The notes below the pieces were generated by a model. It had not been told where the DNA came from. It searched no databases and saw only the letters and a list, made by a program, of their open reading frames with translations. A DNA stretch of 64,000 nt from Clostridiales bacterium (lineage in GTDB: Bacteria; Bacillota; Clostridia; Lachnospirales; Lachnospiraceae), in the NCBI GenBank assembly GCA_019416265.1, contig DXXQ01000120.1, positions 7,141-71,140 of the forward strand, written 5' to 3'. Each line of letters starts with the position of its first letter. The first letter of the stretch is position 1. A program made the position numbers and the translations under genes. This document shows, in pieces, positions 18,918-29,318 of this stretch.

Positions 18918-20828
18918 TTATTCCCTAATCCAAACTCTCATTTGCCCCAATCCGCGGTTTCCCCAGAGATAGTAAGGAACTGCCTTCATTGTTACCGGTT
19001 TTCTCTCCGGTGCCCTGGAAGCATACAGCTCATCGCTGTCTTCTTCTCGTAGAGCTTTCATTGTCAGAATTACTGTTCCCTCCAGAACCCCCTCTGTTTC
19101 CTGAGCCACCTCAATTTCGCTGTCACGTGGAAGGATAAGAGCCTGAAGCTGTGGTCCGTTATCAACACCTTCGAAACAGTAAACCATGGGACCGCGCATT
19201 AAGCCGACGCATCCAACTGTATCCAGACAACGAACGGTTCCATACATTCTTCGCACCTCCATAGGGAAAGTCATCTGTACCGTATCCCCCTCTTTCCAGC
19301 TGCGGCGGATATAGGCATAGCCCTCTTCCATACAGAAGTCTGCTGCTTCACCATTCACAGTGATCCTCAAAGAAGCTTCTTTCACATATCCAGGAACATG
19401 AATGGCAAATGTAAACTCCTCTTGTGTTTTTGGAGTCAACGTATATTTCACATCCCCCTTCCATGGATATTCTGTCTCCACTCTGATATCTGCATGGGAC
19501 AGCTGCGCTTCCTGACCGATCATCAGATGGGAATAAATCGTATCGTCGCTTTCACTCCAGCAGTATTTTCCAATAGAAAGAATCATTCTTGCAAGATTTG
19601 GAGGACAGCAGGCGCAGGCGTACCAGCCAGGTCTTTCCGGCAGCACATGCTTCATGCCAAACACCTCTCCTGAAAGTCCCGGATTTGTCTCCAATGGATT
19701 CACATAGAAGAAATGTTTTCCATCCTGCTGCATGCCACTGATGGTGGAATTATAAATACAACGCTCTATAATATCCGCATATTTTCCCTTCGGATCCAGA
19801 TCAAGCATAGCTTTTGCAAAAAAGACAAGTCCGATCTGGGCACAGGTTTCAGCATAAGCCCTGTCTGGAGGCAAATCGTAGTCCTTAGAAAATGCCTCCC
19901 ACTCTCCAGACGACCCAATGGCGCCTGTGAGGTACATTTTTTTCTGAAGGATACTGTCCATCAACGTTTCACATGCCTGCTTCAGGGATTCATCCCCAGT
20001 TGCCGCTGCCAGATCTGCCATTGCCCGATACAGGTATACGGCTCTCACTGCGTGTCCCTCTGCAGATTTCTGCTCCCGCACCGGTGCATGAGATTGATTA
20101 TATTCCAGATAATCAGGATCCATATGGAAAATCTCGAAATCCCGGTTTTCTCTTTCCTTATGAAAAAAATCCTTTTGCCTGCCTCGGCTCTCAATAAAGT
20201 AGGAGGCAATCCTACAGTACTTTTCATCTCCCGTCAGCTGGTAAAGGCGCATCAGACCTACCTCCACCTCCTCGTGGCCCGGAATACCGTAATGCTCCTC
20301 ATTAAAGACAGCCCCTATGCAGTCTGCCATCTTTTCCGCTACATCAAGAATTTTTTTCTTGCCTGTTACCTCATAGTAACCGCAGGCTGCTTCCATCATA
20401 TGGCCCATACAGTATAGTTCATGGCCCTCCAGAAGATTCTTCCAACGATGCTCCGGCTCCTTGATGGTAAAGTAGGTATCCAGATATCCGTCTTCCTGCT
20501 GAGCCTTTGCGATAATGTCAATGACCTCATCTGCATCTCTTTCCAGTTCAGGATCCGGATGTACCCAAAGAGAATATGCGACTGCCTCCAGCCACTTCGC
20601 TACATCGCTGTCCTGGAACACCATTCCGTAAAATTCGCCGTCTTCCATGCCTGCGGCAATTCGGAAATTTGCCAGTGCATGGCTTTTTTCCGCACCTGGA
20701 ATTTCATCATTTAGGATTTTCTGCTGATAGGGAATTACTGTTTCCACTACCTTTTTCTGATAGGGAGACCAGAATTTATCCTTACATTTTGTCTGTTTCA
20801 AAGAAACAGCATGTATCTTATTCTTCAT
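18918..20828 (-). CDS. GH127 beta-L-arabinofuranosidase-like glycoside hydrolase
   Basis: FQDSDVAKWLEA, HELYCMGH, GHAVRAVY, ETCA, ACCPPN (metal/nucleophile Cys motifs), PYYLWGNRG. Confidence 0.92.
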   Translation of the reverse strand: MKNKIHAVSLKQTKCKDKFWSPYQKKVVETVIPYQQKILNDEIPGAEKSHALANFRIAAGMEDGEFYGMVFQDSDVAKWLEAVAYSLWVHPDPELERDADEVIDIIAKAQQEDGYLDTYFTIKEPEHRWKNLLEGHELYCMGHMMEAACGYYEVTGKKKILDVAEKMADCIGAVFNEEHYGIPGHEEVEVGLMRLYQLTGDEKYCRIASYFIESRGRQKDFFHKERENRDFEIFHMDPDYLEYNQSHAPVREQKSAEGHAVRAVYLYRAMADLAAATGDESLKQACETLMDSILQKKMYLTGAIGSSGEWEAFSKDYDLPPDRAYAETCAQIGLVFFAKAMLDLDPKGKYADIIERCIYNSTISGMQQDGKHFFYVNPLETNPGLSGEVFGMKHVLPERPGWYACACCPPNLARMILSIGKYCWSESDDTIYSHLMIGQEAQLSHADIRVETEYPWKGDVKYTLTPKTQEEFTFAIHVPGYVKEASLRITVNGEAADFCMEEGYAYIRRSWKEGDTVQMTFPMEVRRMYGTVRCLDTVGCVGLMRGPMVYCFEGVDNGPQLQALILPRDSEIEVAQETEGVLEGTVILTMKALREEDSDELYASRAPERKPVTMKAVPYYLWGNRGLGQMRVWIRE

Positions 20829-20837
20829 ATTCTCCCC

Positions 20838-23126
20838 CTATTTTCCTTCACTTAATACAATCACAGCCCGAGCGCCCTCTCTGCGAACTGCAGCCTCTTT
20901 ATCCCAGAGCGCCTTTGTCTGCCAGTTTTCGCTGCCGCCTTCTACGGTTACAATAATCTCCTGTCCCTGTCTCACAGCCACTGCGTGCATTACAGGTTTG
21001 CCTGTCAAATCCGGTACGGTTACCTCCGACTGTTCTCCATCTGCCAGCCAGGAAACTGCCAGTGTTACGCCCTCTGCAAAATCATAATCCGGCTTCGTAC
21101 AGCAGCTTCCAAGAGCAATGATTTTTCCCGGCGCTGCCATCAAAGGCATTCCGTGATAATCAAAGGTTTCTTTGTGCCATCTTCCGCCCTCGCGAAGCTC
21201 ATCTGTCATAAGATTGTACCATTTACCCTCTGGAAGATAATATTCCACTTCTCCGTTGTCCTGGAAAACAGGTGCTGCCAGAATACTGTCTCCCATCATA
21301 TACTGCAGATCCAGATTCAGGCAGGTGCGATCCTTTGGATATTCCATAAACATGGGGCGCATCATTGGAACGCCTGTTTCAGAGGAAACCACCGCCATCT
21401 GATAAAGATAAGGCATCAGGCGGCATTTCAATTCTACCATTTCCTTTAAAACAACACTTGCTTCGTCATCAAAGAGCCACGGAACACGATAGGATGAACT
21501 TCCATGGAGACGGCTGTGGGAGCTCATAAGTCCAAACTGGCACCATCTCTTATAGATATCCGGTGAGGCCATCTGCTCAAATCCGCTGATATCATGGCTC
21601 CAGAAGCCGAATCCGCCACAGGCAAGGGATAACCCGCCGCGCAGAGTTTCCGCCATAGAGGAATAGCTTGCCGTACAATCGCCGCCCCAGTGAGCCGGGA
21701 ACTGCTGTCCGCCTACCGTCGCAGAACGGGCAAATAATACTGCGTTTCCTTTCTTCTTTTCCTGTTCCAAAATCTCAAATACTGCCTGATTGTAAAAATA
21801 TGTATATGCGTTATGCATATCCACCGGATCAGAACCGTCAAACCACTGAATATCTGTTACAGGAACTCTTTCGCCGAAGTCTGTCTTAAAACAGTCAACT
21901 CCCATATCCAAAAGGGTTTTCAACTTGCTCTGATACCAAGCTCTGGCATCTGGATTTGTAAAGTCCACCAGCGCCATCCCCGGCTGCCACAGGTCTGTCT
22001 GCCATACGGAACCATCTGTTTTCTTTAGGAGGTAGCCTCTTTCTTTTCCCTCTTTAAACAGGTGGGACATCTGCCCGATATAAGGATTAATCCATACGCA
22101 GATCTTCAGTCCCCTGTCATGATAGCGTTTCAGCATTCCTTCCGGATCAGGGAAGGTATCCGGATCCCAGGTGAAGTCACACCAACGATAAGCCCGCATC
22201 CAATAGCAGTCAAAGTGAAATACATGGAGAGGGATATCCCTGTCCGCCATACCCTGTATAAAACTGCTGGTGGTTTCTTCGTCATAATTTGTGGTAAAAG
22301 ATGTGGTCAGCCAGAGTCCAAAGGACCATGCCGGAGGAAGAGCCGGTTTGCCGGTCAGTTCACAATATCTTGAAACAGCTTCCTTGGGATCGTCCTCTGC
22401 AATCACATAATAGCCAAGGGATTCTCCGGGTACAGAAAACTGCACCTCCTCCACCTTTTCACTGCCAATCTCAAAGGATACTTCTCCTAACGTATCAACC
22501 AGGATTCCATACCCCTTACTGCTGAGATAAAAAGGAATACATTTATATCCCTGCTCGCTGGCGGTACCGCCATCCTCGTTCCAGTTTTCTACAATCTGTC
22601 CGTTTTTTACAAAGGAGGTGAAACGTTCGCCCAGACCGTATATATATTCTCCTACGTCCAGGCTAAGCTGCTCTACCATATAGCTTTCTCCTGTATCCCT
22701 ATTCAACATTCTGGCCATGTTCCTGTAATCGGACATAGTAAGCAGTTTGTCATTTTTGTAATATGCCACACACCATTTACCAGGTGCCTTGGTAATCACT
22801 GCCTTTGCTGCGCCACTTCGATAAGTCAGCGCCTGTTCATCTTCTGTAATTGCCACAGTCCGTTCTGCAGGATAGATCACAGGACGAACCGTTTTTTTTG
22901 CCATTCCATCAAAATGAATAATCTCCGTATGGATCACATTTTCCATAGGACTTGTAAATGTAACGGTCAATATTCCTACATTCAGACAATCTCCCCTGTC
23001 TGTAATGTGTTTAGCCACACCATAAACCACAAGACTGTCCCCATCTATTTCATGACCTGCATACTCCACTGCAAAAACAGGCTCATATTCTTTTCTCATT
23101 AACCAAAAACCATTTGTAAATTTCAT
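20838..23126 (-). CDS. yicI: GH31 alpha-xylosidase (YicI-like)
   Basis: MKFTNGFWL start, GLGERF, WLTTSFTTNYDE, KTDFGE nucleophile, HWGGDC, SHDISGFE. Confidence 0.93.
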   Translation of the reverse strand: MKFTNGFWLMRKEYEPVFAVEYAGHEIDGDSLVVYGVAKHITDRGDCLNVGILTVTFTSPMENVIHTEIIHFDGMAKKTVRPVIYPAERTVAITEDEQALTYRSGAAKAVITKAPGKWCVAYYKNDKLLTMSDYRNMARMLNRDTGESYMVEQLSLDVGEYIYGLGERFTSFVKNGQIVENWNEDGGTASEQGYKCIPFYLSSKGYGILVDTLGEVSFEIGSEKVEEVQFSVPGESLGYYVIAEDDPKEAVSRYCELTGKPALPPAWSFGLWLTTSFTTNYDEETTSSFIQGMADRDIPLHVFHFDCYWMRAYRWCDFTWDPDTFPDPEGMLKRYHDRGLKICVWINPYIGQMSHLFKEGKERGYLLKKTDGSVWQTDLWQPGMALVDFTNPDARAWYQSKLKTLLDMGVDCFKTDFGERVPVTDIQWFDGSDPVDMHNAYTYFYNQAVFEILEQEKKKGNAVLFARSATVGGQQFPAHWGGDCTASYSSMAETLRGGLSLACGGFGFWSHDISGFEQMASPDIYKRWCQFGLMSSHSRLHGSSSYRVPWLFDDEASVVLKEMVELKCRLMPYLYQMAVVSSETGVPMMRPMFMEYPKDRTCLNLDLQYMMGDSILAAPVFQDNGEVEYYLPEGKWYNLMTDELREGGRWHKETFDYHGMPLMAAPGKIIALGSCCTKPDYDFAEGVTLAVSWLADGEQSEVTVPDLTGKPVMHAVAVRQGQEIIVTVEGGSENWQTKALWDKEAAVRREGARAVIVLSEGK

Positions 23127-23140
23127 TGTATTTTCTCCTT

Positions 23141-23800
23141 TTACTCACAGTTTTCACCGGATGCATTCTCTTCCTTCGGCATATGTCTGTCCAAAAGCGG
23201 TTCGATCATATAGGACGCCACGCAGGAAACCGCTCCCGGGATTACCATAAACAGCGCCGGTCTGGCAAGCAGTGTCAGGTAGGATACTGCAAATAGGCCA
23301 AACAATACCAGTGATACCGGCAGATGTTTTACCGTCATATAAAATGATAATTTTACAAACCATCCAGACGGCATATCAAACCGCGACAGCGCCGGAAAGG
23401 CATAGCATGCGGCTATGATAAAAAGTACAATCACTAACGCGTAAAGCACCATAAAGAATATGCCAAACAAATTGCGTAATCTGGCATCCAAAATTCCGAT
23501 GTTCAGAAACATCAGGAAGATAACACCCACATAGATCAAAGTCAGAGGAATGGATGAAACCAGATTCTGTTTATACGCATGCCAGAACTGTCTGGTAACT
23601 GAATCTCTGTCGCATCTCACGGATTTCGTTACAGCAGCATATAACGCACTGAAGGATGCACCGATGGTGATAATGGGAATACACCCGATCAGCCAGTAAA
23701 TACTTACCAGCATCACATCAAAGATCTTGCCTGTATAGGTATAGAAATTACCGTCAAAATCAAACATTCTTCTTTCTGATGACTGACCTGTTTTTTTCAT
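23141..23800 (-). CDS. YesL/DUF624-family membrane protein
   Basis: CIPIITIGASFSALY motif, several TM helices; common in sugar ABC loci. Confidence 0.85.
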   Translation of the reverse strand: MKKTGQSSERRMFDFDGNFYTYTGKIFDVMLVSIYWLIGCIPIITIGASFSALYAAVTKSVRCDRDSVTRQFWHAYKQNLVSSIPLTLIYVGVIFLMFLNIGILDARLRNLFGIFFMVLYALVIVLFIIAACYAFPALSRFDMPSGWFVKLSFYMTVKHLPVSLVLFGLFAVSYLTLLARPALFMVIPGAVSCVASYMIEPLLDRHMPKEENASGENCE

Positions 23801-23823
23801 CCAATCCCTCCAAACTTATACTC

Positions 23824-25857
23824 TTACTTCAGATCAATTTTATATCCGTTTCTTGCAAAAATAGGAATCTGCTCAATAGGAGCAGCTGTCACAACAGTCT
23901 GTCCCCCTTCAAACTCTTCTCCCGTCCATGCATTTGTCCATTTTGCACCTGCCGGCAGATAAATGGATGTTTCCGTACATCCTGCGTCTGTGATAGGTTT
24001 TACCAGAAGATCCGGTCCGAACATATATTCATCTTCCACGTTCCAGGATTCCTTATCCTCCGGGAATTCGTAGAACAGGGTACGCATAACCGGTGTTCCT
24101 TTTTCATGAGCCTCTTCCATTCGCTCTGTTACATATGGACGGAGTTTTTCACGAAGATTCAGATAGTAGCTAAGAATCTCGTATACCTGATCTGTATAGC
24201 TCCATACCTCGTTAGGAGCACCGGACACACATTCTGCACCGCCTGTAGTTCCATACTGTGGCTGAAGCGGCCAGCGGTATCCGTGCAGACGCATAACCGG
24301 ACAGAAGCATCCGTACTCAAACCAGCGGATTAAAAGTTCGTGAAATGCCGGATCGTTAACATTTGCACCGAAGAAACCGCCAATATCGGTAGTCCACCAT
24401 GGAATTCCCGCCAGTCCCATATTCAGACCTGCTGCAACCTGGTTCTTCATACTTGGGAAGGAGGATTTAATATCACCGGACCATACCAGGGCGCCATATC
24501 TCTGAGAACCTGCCCATGCGCAGCGCAGAAGGTTGATGATGTTTTCCTGTCCCTCGCCTTTCATTCCATCAAAGAAGGTTTTCGCATACATAACCGGGTA
24601 AATATTTCCAATCTGTACATCTGGTCCAAGGTGGTAACGATAGTTTTCAAAATCATATACAGTGTATTCAGGTTCTGCCTCATCCAGCCAGAATACTTTT
24701 ACACCTTTATCGTAGTAATTTTTCTTTGCTTTTTCCCATACATACTCTCTGGCTTCCGGATTTGTCGCATCAAAATGCAGGGTATTTCCCTGGAAATCCA
24801 TGGAAATCGGATATCCGGATTCCACGCGTATCAAAAGGCCCTTGCCCTTCATCTCCTCAAAATTCTCACTGCGGTAATCTACTGTCGGCCAGATGGAAAC
24901 CATCAGCTCGATTCCCATTTCCTTCAATTCTGCTATCATTGCATCCGGATCCGGCCAGTAAGTTGGATCAAACTTCCATTCGCCCTGAAGAGGCCAGTGG
25001 AAGAAGTCCACAACGATCACAGAGATGGGAAGTCCTCTTCTCTTGTATTCGCGGGCAACCTCCAGAAGTTCCTCCTGTGTCTGGTAACGGAGCTTGCACT
25101 GCCAGAAGCCCATTGCGTAATCCGGCATCATAGGAACCTTTCCTGTAGCATTTGCATATGCTTCCTCAATCTCTGCCGGTGTATCGCCGGCTGTGATCCA
25201 ATAATCCAGCTTCTTTGTGGAAAATGCTTCCCACGTTGTAATATTCTTTCCAAAGTTCACACGGCCAACTGCCGGATTGTTCCAGAGAAATCCATATCCA
25301 AGACTGGATACTGCAAATGGAACACTTGCCTGGGAATTTCTATGTGCCAGCTCCAGATCTGCCCCCTTCACATCCAGGAAATCCTGCTGATACTGTCCCA
25401 TACCGAAGATTTTTTCATCCGGATTGGAAATGAACCTCATGGAGAGACGATAGTCCCCTCCAATAATAGGCTTAAATTCTCTTGCATCTACTTCCAGAGA
25501 ACTGCAGGTACTGCCGAACATGTCCTTTCTTGTACGCAGATATTCCTCCAGAAGAATCTCATTTTTCTGATTATAAAATGTAATCTTTCCGATCAGGTTG
25601 ATTTCTGCGCGAATCTTTCCGTTAACGATCTCTCCGCCGTCCTCTTTTACTGTAATCTGTGGATTACCCGGATTCTCCTGTTTCAAAAGAGCCCAGTCCT
25701 CATCCGGCATCTCCGCCAGTTTGGTGGAACGTACACGAAGGCTGTTTTCACCCCATGGTTCGATGATCAGTCTCTCCGCTTCATAGCGGTAACAGAGAGA
25801 GTTGCCCTTTTGTTCAAAATAACCATAAACAACTTTTACTTCATCCTGTGATGCCAT
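23824..25857 (-). CDS. GH31 glycoside hydrolase, probable alpha-xylosidase
   Basis: ATG 25857 (RBS GGAGG); GFWQCKLRY, WLDEAEPE, VWSGDI, WTTDIGGF, RLHG. Confidence 0.9.
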   Translation of the reverse strand: MASQDEVKVVYGYFEQKGNSLCYRYEAERLIIEPWGENSLRVRSTKLAEMPDEDWALLKQENPGNPQITVKEDGGEIVNGKIRAEINLIGKITFYNQKNEILLEEYLRTRKDMFGSTCSSLEVDAREFKPIIGGDYRLSMRFISNPDEKIFGMGQYQQDFLDVKGADLELAHRNSQASVPFAVSSLGYGFLWNNPAVGRVNFGKNITTWEAFSTKKLDYWITAGDTPAEIEEAYANATGKVPMMPDYAMGFWQCKLRYQTQEELLEVAREYKRRGLPISVIVVDFFHWPLQGEWKFDPTYWPDPDAMIAELKEMGIELMVSIWPTVDYRSENFEEMKGKGLLIRVESGYPISMDFQGNTLHFDATNPEAREYVWEKAKKNYYDKGVKVFWLDEAEPEYTVYDFENYRYHLGPDVQIGNIYPVMYAKTFFDGMKGEGQENIINLLRCAWAGSQRYGALVWSGDIKSSFPSMKNQVAAGLNMGLAGIPWWTTDIGGFFGANVNDPAFHELLIRWFEYGCFCPVMRLHGYRWPLQPQYGTTGGAECVSGAPNEVWSYTDQVYEILSYYLNLREKLRPYVTERMEEAHEKGTPVMRTLFYEFPEDKESWNVEDEYMFGPDLLVKPITDAGCTETSIYLPAGAKWTNAWTGEEFEGGQTVVTAAPIEQIPIFARNGYKIDLK

Positions 25858-25878
25858 AATCAAATCCTCCTTAAATCA

Positions 25879-26715
25879 TCAGTCTTTTACGGCTCCTGCT
25901 ACCAAACCGCCTACAATATATTTCTGCAAGAAGATAAAAAGCAGGACAACCGGAATTACCAGAATTGTTCCATATGCCATAATACAGTTCCATTTCGTAC
26001 CGTACGCATTTTGGAATTTATAAATATTCGCCGTCAACGGACGCATTTCTGCATTTACATTAAATGTCATGGAATATACTAAATCATTCCATCCATTAAG
26101 GAAGGAAATAACAATAATAGTAATGATACCTGTCTTTACTGCCGGAATCATAACATATAAAAATGACTTTAAAGCTCCGCATCCATCCAACCGTGCCGCT
26201 TCATCTAAAGCCTTTGGAACAGTCTTAAAATAAGGTCGAAGCGTTACTACTGCAAAAGGAATGGATGCTGCTGCTATAGCAATAGGTGCTGTAAAATGTG
26301 TTCCAAGGATATTTAATTTATTAAATATCAAATACATCGGTGTCAGTGTCAGTGATGCCGGAAGCATCTGTGCTACCAGGAATGTCAACAGAAATACATG
26401 TGATCCCCGTACTTTAAACCTTCCCATTCCATATGCTGCAGGCACACCCAAAAGCAATGCAATGCCCATAGTAAGAAATCCATTAATAAAACTATTTCTT
26501 AAAGATAACAGAAATGTCTTATCTGTTAAGTTTACCAACCATGGATCTACTGTAAATTCATGTGGAAAATATGTTAAAATCTTTCCAAACGTCTCTGAAT
26601 CAGATTTAAAAGATATCTGTACTAACCAGTAAATTGGAAAAAGGAAAATAAGTGCAATTAAAATCGCAATAATTGAATTTAATAATTCTTTTCTTTTTTC
26701 TTTCGATTGAAGCAT
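25879..26715 (-). CDS. Carbohydrate ABC transporter permease (MalG-type)
   Basis: EAA loop ALDEAARLDGC, WNDL, LQKYIVGGLVAGAVK; ATG 26715 is better spaced from AGGAGG than 26724. Confidence 0.92.
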   Translation of the reverse strand: MLQSKEKRKELLNSIIAILIALIFLFPIYWLVQISFKSDSETFGKILTYFPHEFTVDPWLVNLTDKTFLLSLRNSFINGFLTMGIALLLGVPAAYGMGRFKVRGSHVFLLTFLVAQMLPASLTLTPMYLIFNKLNILGTHFTAPIAIAAASIPFAVVTLRPYFKTVPKALDEAARLDGCGALKSFLYVMIPAVKTGIITIIVISFLNGWNDLVYSMTFNVNAEMRPLTANIYKFQNAYGTKWNCIMAYGTILVIPVVLLFIFLQKYIVGGLVAGAVKD

Positions 26716-26716
26716 T

Positions 26717-27604
26717 TTAATCATCCTCCTTTGCCAACATTCTTAGATAGAACAATCCAATTACAAAGAGGCATGCAAATAATACCATGGCAACTGCCGC
26801 TCCCTCGGAAAACTTAAACTGTGTAAAGGATTTTACATAAGAATAAGTACCAAGCACATCTGTTGCATTCAAAGGACCTCCCGCTGTCATTATATACATC
26901 AAATCGAATGCTCGGAAAGTATAGATGAATCCTAACATCAATACAGCCATAATAGAACCTTTCATTAGAGGAAGCGTAATGTGAAGGAATTTTTGTCCCC
27001 ATGTAGCTCCATCAATGGAAGCACTTTCGTACACATCCTGTGGAATACTGGTCAGACCAGACATTAATAACAACATGTTAAATGGAATTCCAACCCAACA
27101 GTTCATAATAATAATTGCTATCATTGCCGTAGATCCATTTACCAACCATTCCGGACCATTAATGCCAATTTTTGAAAGAAGATCATTAATCAACCCCGCA
27201 TTAGAAAAAATATTTTTTCCCAAAAGTCCCGTAACAGCCATGGGCATCATATAGCTTACCAAAATCATTCCTCGAATCGGCCCGGAAAGCTTAAACTTCT
27301 GGTTGAAAAACATTGCAAATGCAAATCCAATCGTAAATTGGAAAACCAAACATGCAATTGTAAAAACGAACGTATTTCTTAATACAAGTAAAAATGTACT
27401 GTCATTGAACAAATTGATATAATTCTCAAAACCGATAAATACAGAGCCGCCTTTTGTCAGGTTTTTCACATCCACATTTTTAAAACTAAGAATTAAATTA
27501 TAAACAAGCGGATATCCCAAGACAACCAACATATAAATAAAAGCTGGAAGAATGAAAATATATCCATCCCTTTCCCTTTTAGAACCGGCATTCTTCCCTT
27601 TCAT
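26717..27604 (-). CDS. Carbohydrate ABC transporter permease (MalF-type)
   Basis: FIGFENY, YESASIDGA, ITLPLMK, FDLMYIMTAGGP. Confidence 0.92.
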   Translation of the reverse strand: MKGKNAGSKRERDGYIFILPAFIYMLVVLGYPLVYNLILSFKNVDVKNLTKGGSVFIGFENYINLFNDSTFLLVLRNTFVFTIACLVFQFTIGFAFAMFFNQKFKLSGPIRGMILVSYMMPMAVTGLLGKNIFSNAGLINDLLSKIGINGPEWLVNGSTAMIAIIIMNCWVGIPFNMLLLMSGLTSIPQDVYESASIDGATWGQKFLHITLPLMKGSIMAVLMLGFIYTFRAFDLMYIMTAGGPLNATDVLGTYSYVKSFTQFKFSEGAAVAMVLFACLFVIGLFYLRMLAKEDD

Positions 27605-27654
27605 AAACGAATCGCCTCTCTTTCCTGTTAATTCCTTTTTGAGTAACTTTTAAA

Positions 27655-27697
27655 AATTCCACGATTTCCGGATGATTTTTTCGGAAATCGTGGAATT
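27655..27697. terminator. 16-bp-stem hairpin between SBP and permease genes (attenuator or mRNA stabiliser)
   Basis: AATTCCACGATTTCCG...CGGAAATCGTGGAATT. Confidence 0.7.
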
Positions 27698-27803
27698 CAA
27701 GATTGATCAAATACTGCAGTCCTGCTTACCTATAGCCAAACATCATTTTTACTCATCGATGCGTGGCTAAACTCACAACATAGCAGCTGCCATTCTTTCT
27801 GTA

Positions 27804-29054
27804 CTACGGAAGAGGTGTCTCCTCAACAATTGGCGTAATCGTTTCCATTGCTTTTGCAAGAGCATCCGCAGGAGCAACACCATCTACAAATACAGACTGT
27901 GTAGCACTGTAAATTGCTTCTGAAATACTTGGCCATTCTGCATGTGGTCCACGTGCATCCGCATAATTCATTTCATCTGTAAAGACTGCAAATCCTTCCT
28001 GCTCATAAGTATAATCAGATTTAGAATCGGAACGTGTTGGGATCTTGCCGGCTGTTACACCCCATTCTCCTTCTTTTTCTTTGGAGCACATCCATTTAAG
28101 GAACTCTACGCATGCTTCTTTATTTTCTGCACCTGTGCAAACACCAAAGTTTTCACCACCGATTGTAGAACTGGAAGTTCCCTCATCGCCAGTAGGAAGC
28201 AGGCAGAATCCATAATTAAATCCATCAATCGCGTCTGTCTGTGCCAGATGCCATGTACCTACCTCAGCCATAGCAGCCTTTCCCGCTGCAAACTGGTTGT
28301 ATGCATCTGCCTGTGTCCAGTTGATACATTCTTTACTCATGTATCCGTTGCTGATCAGATCGGAAAGAGCGGTCAGTCCTTTTACTGCGGAATCTGCTGA
28401 CAGGTTGTCAACATTGGCACGTTCTGCACCGTCCTGTGTGCCCCGCAGCCATGGAAGAATCTGGAAAGTACCCTCTTCCGTGGAAATACAGCACATTGCA
28501 AATCCGTATGTCTGTGTATCAGGATCAGTTGTCGCTGCTGCCATTTCCTGGAATTCTGCCAAACTTGTCGGCATATGATCATACCCCGCTGCCTTTAATG
28601 CATCAAGATTGCATGCAAGTGCCAAACAATTGGAATTTTGAGGCAGTCCGTAAATTTTCCCTTCAGAATCCATACAGGAACTAAGCGGTCCCTCATAGAA
28701 TTTATCAAGTTCTCCCCATTTTTCCAATTCATCTGTAATATCTTCAAATACTCCTAAAGAAATATAGGATGCCATGTCAGGCGAATCCACCATACCAATA
28801 TCAGGAAGTTCACCGGAAAGCGCCCCTACTGTATACTGATTCATTAACTCGTCACGGGATACATATGTAGCTGTAATATGAATATCATCCTGCAGGGTAT
28901 TGTATTCTTCTGTCCAATCTACAATAGCCTGTGCGTCTGCAGAAGCATCAAAATAATGCCAAAGTTCAATTTCTGTTGGTTCAGCCTGTACAACAATTGC
29001 GGAGCAAGATACAGCAGCCACTGCTGCAAGAGCCAATGTCAGTTTTTTCTTCAT
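27804..29054 (-). CDS. Sugar ABC transporter solute-binding protein
   Basis: 416 aa, signal peptide, IELWHYF, GELPDI, GKIYGLP, FAAGKAAM, IGGENF. Confidence 0.92.
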   Translation of the reverse strand: MKKKLTLALAAVAAVSCSAIVVQAEPTEIELWHYFDASADAQAIVDWTEEYNTLQDDIHITATYVSRDELMNQYTVGALSGELPDIGMVDSPDMASYISLGVFEDITDELEKWGELDKFYEGPLSSCMDSEGKIYGLPQNSNCLALACNLDALKAAGYDHMPTSLAEFQEMAAATTDPDTQTYGFAMCCISTEEGTFQILPWLRGTQDGAERANVDNLSADSAVKGLTALSDLISNGYMSKECINWTQADAYNQFAAGKAAMAEVGTWHLAQTDAIDGFNYGFCLLPTGDEGTSSSTIGGENFGVCTGAENKEACVEFLKWMCSKEKEGEWGVTAGKIPTRSDSKSDYTYEQEGFAVFTDEMNYADARGPHAEWPSISEAIYSATQSVFVDGVAPADALAKAMETITPIVEETPLP

Positions 29055-29157
29055 ATTCGTCCTCCTTTTCCGAATTCCATATCCGGATGATAATTGTTAG
29101 AAAAACATGTCGCGACTATTGTTTTCTTTTTAAACACGTGCTTTATTTGATAATATT

Positions 29158-29255
29158 ATTATACATTTGACCCTTTGTGCAGTCTACCGTATTTTTTAAG
29201 ATTTTTTCTTCTATTTTAGTGCAATATTTTAAGATTTTCGCAAAATTTTAAGATT
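29158..29255 (-). promoter_or_regulatory. Island operon promoter with three upstream TTTTAAGATT direct repeats
   Basis: TAGACT-17 bp-TATAAT (29186-29158); TTTTAAGATT on the plus strand at 29194, 29227 and 29246. Confidence 0.6.
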
Positions 29256-29318
29256 ATAAATATTTTTACGTGCATTTTATACATAAATACACATTATATT
29301 TTATGCAATCTTCACATT

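Noticed and set aside
24340..25851. 503-aa plus-strand ORF
   Set aside because: Entirely antisense to a GH31 gene, no recognisable motifs; a codon-bias shadow.
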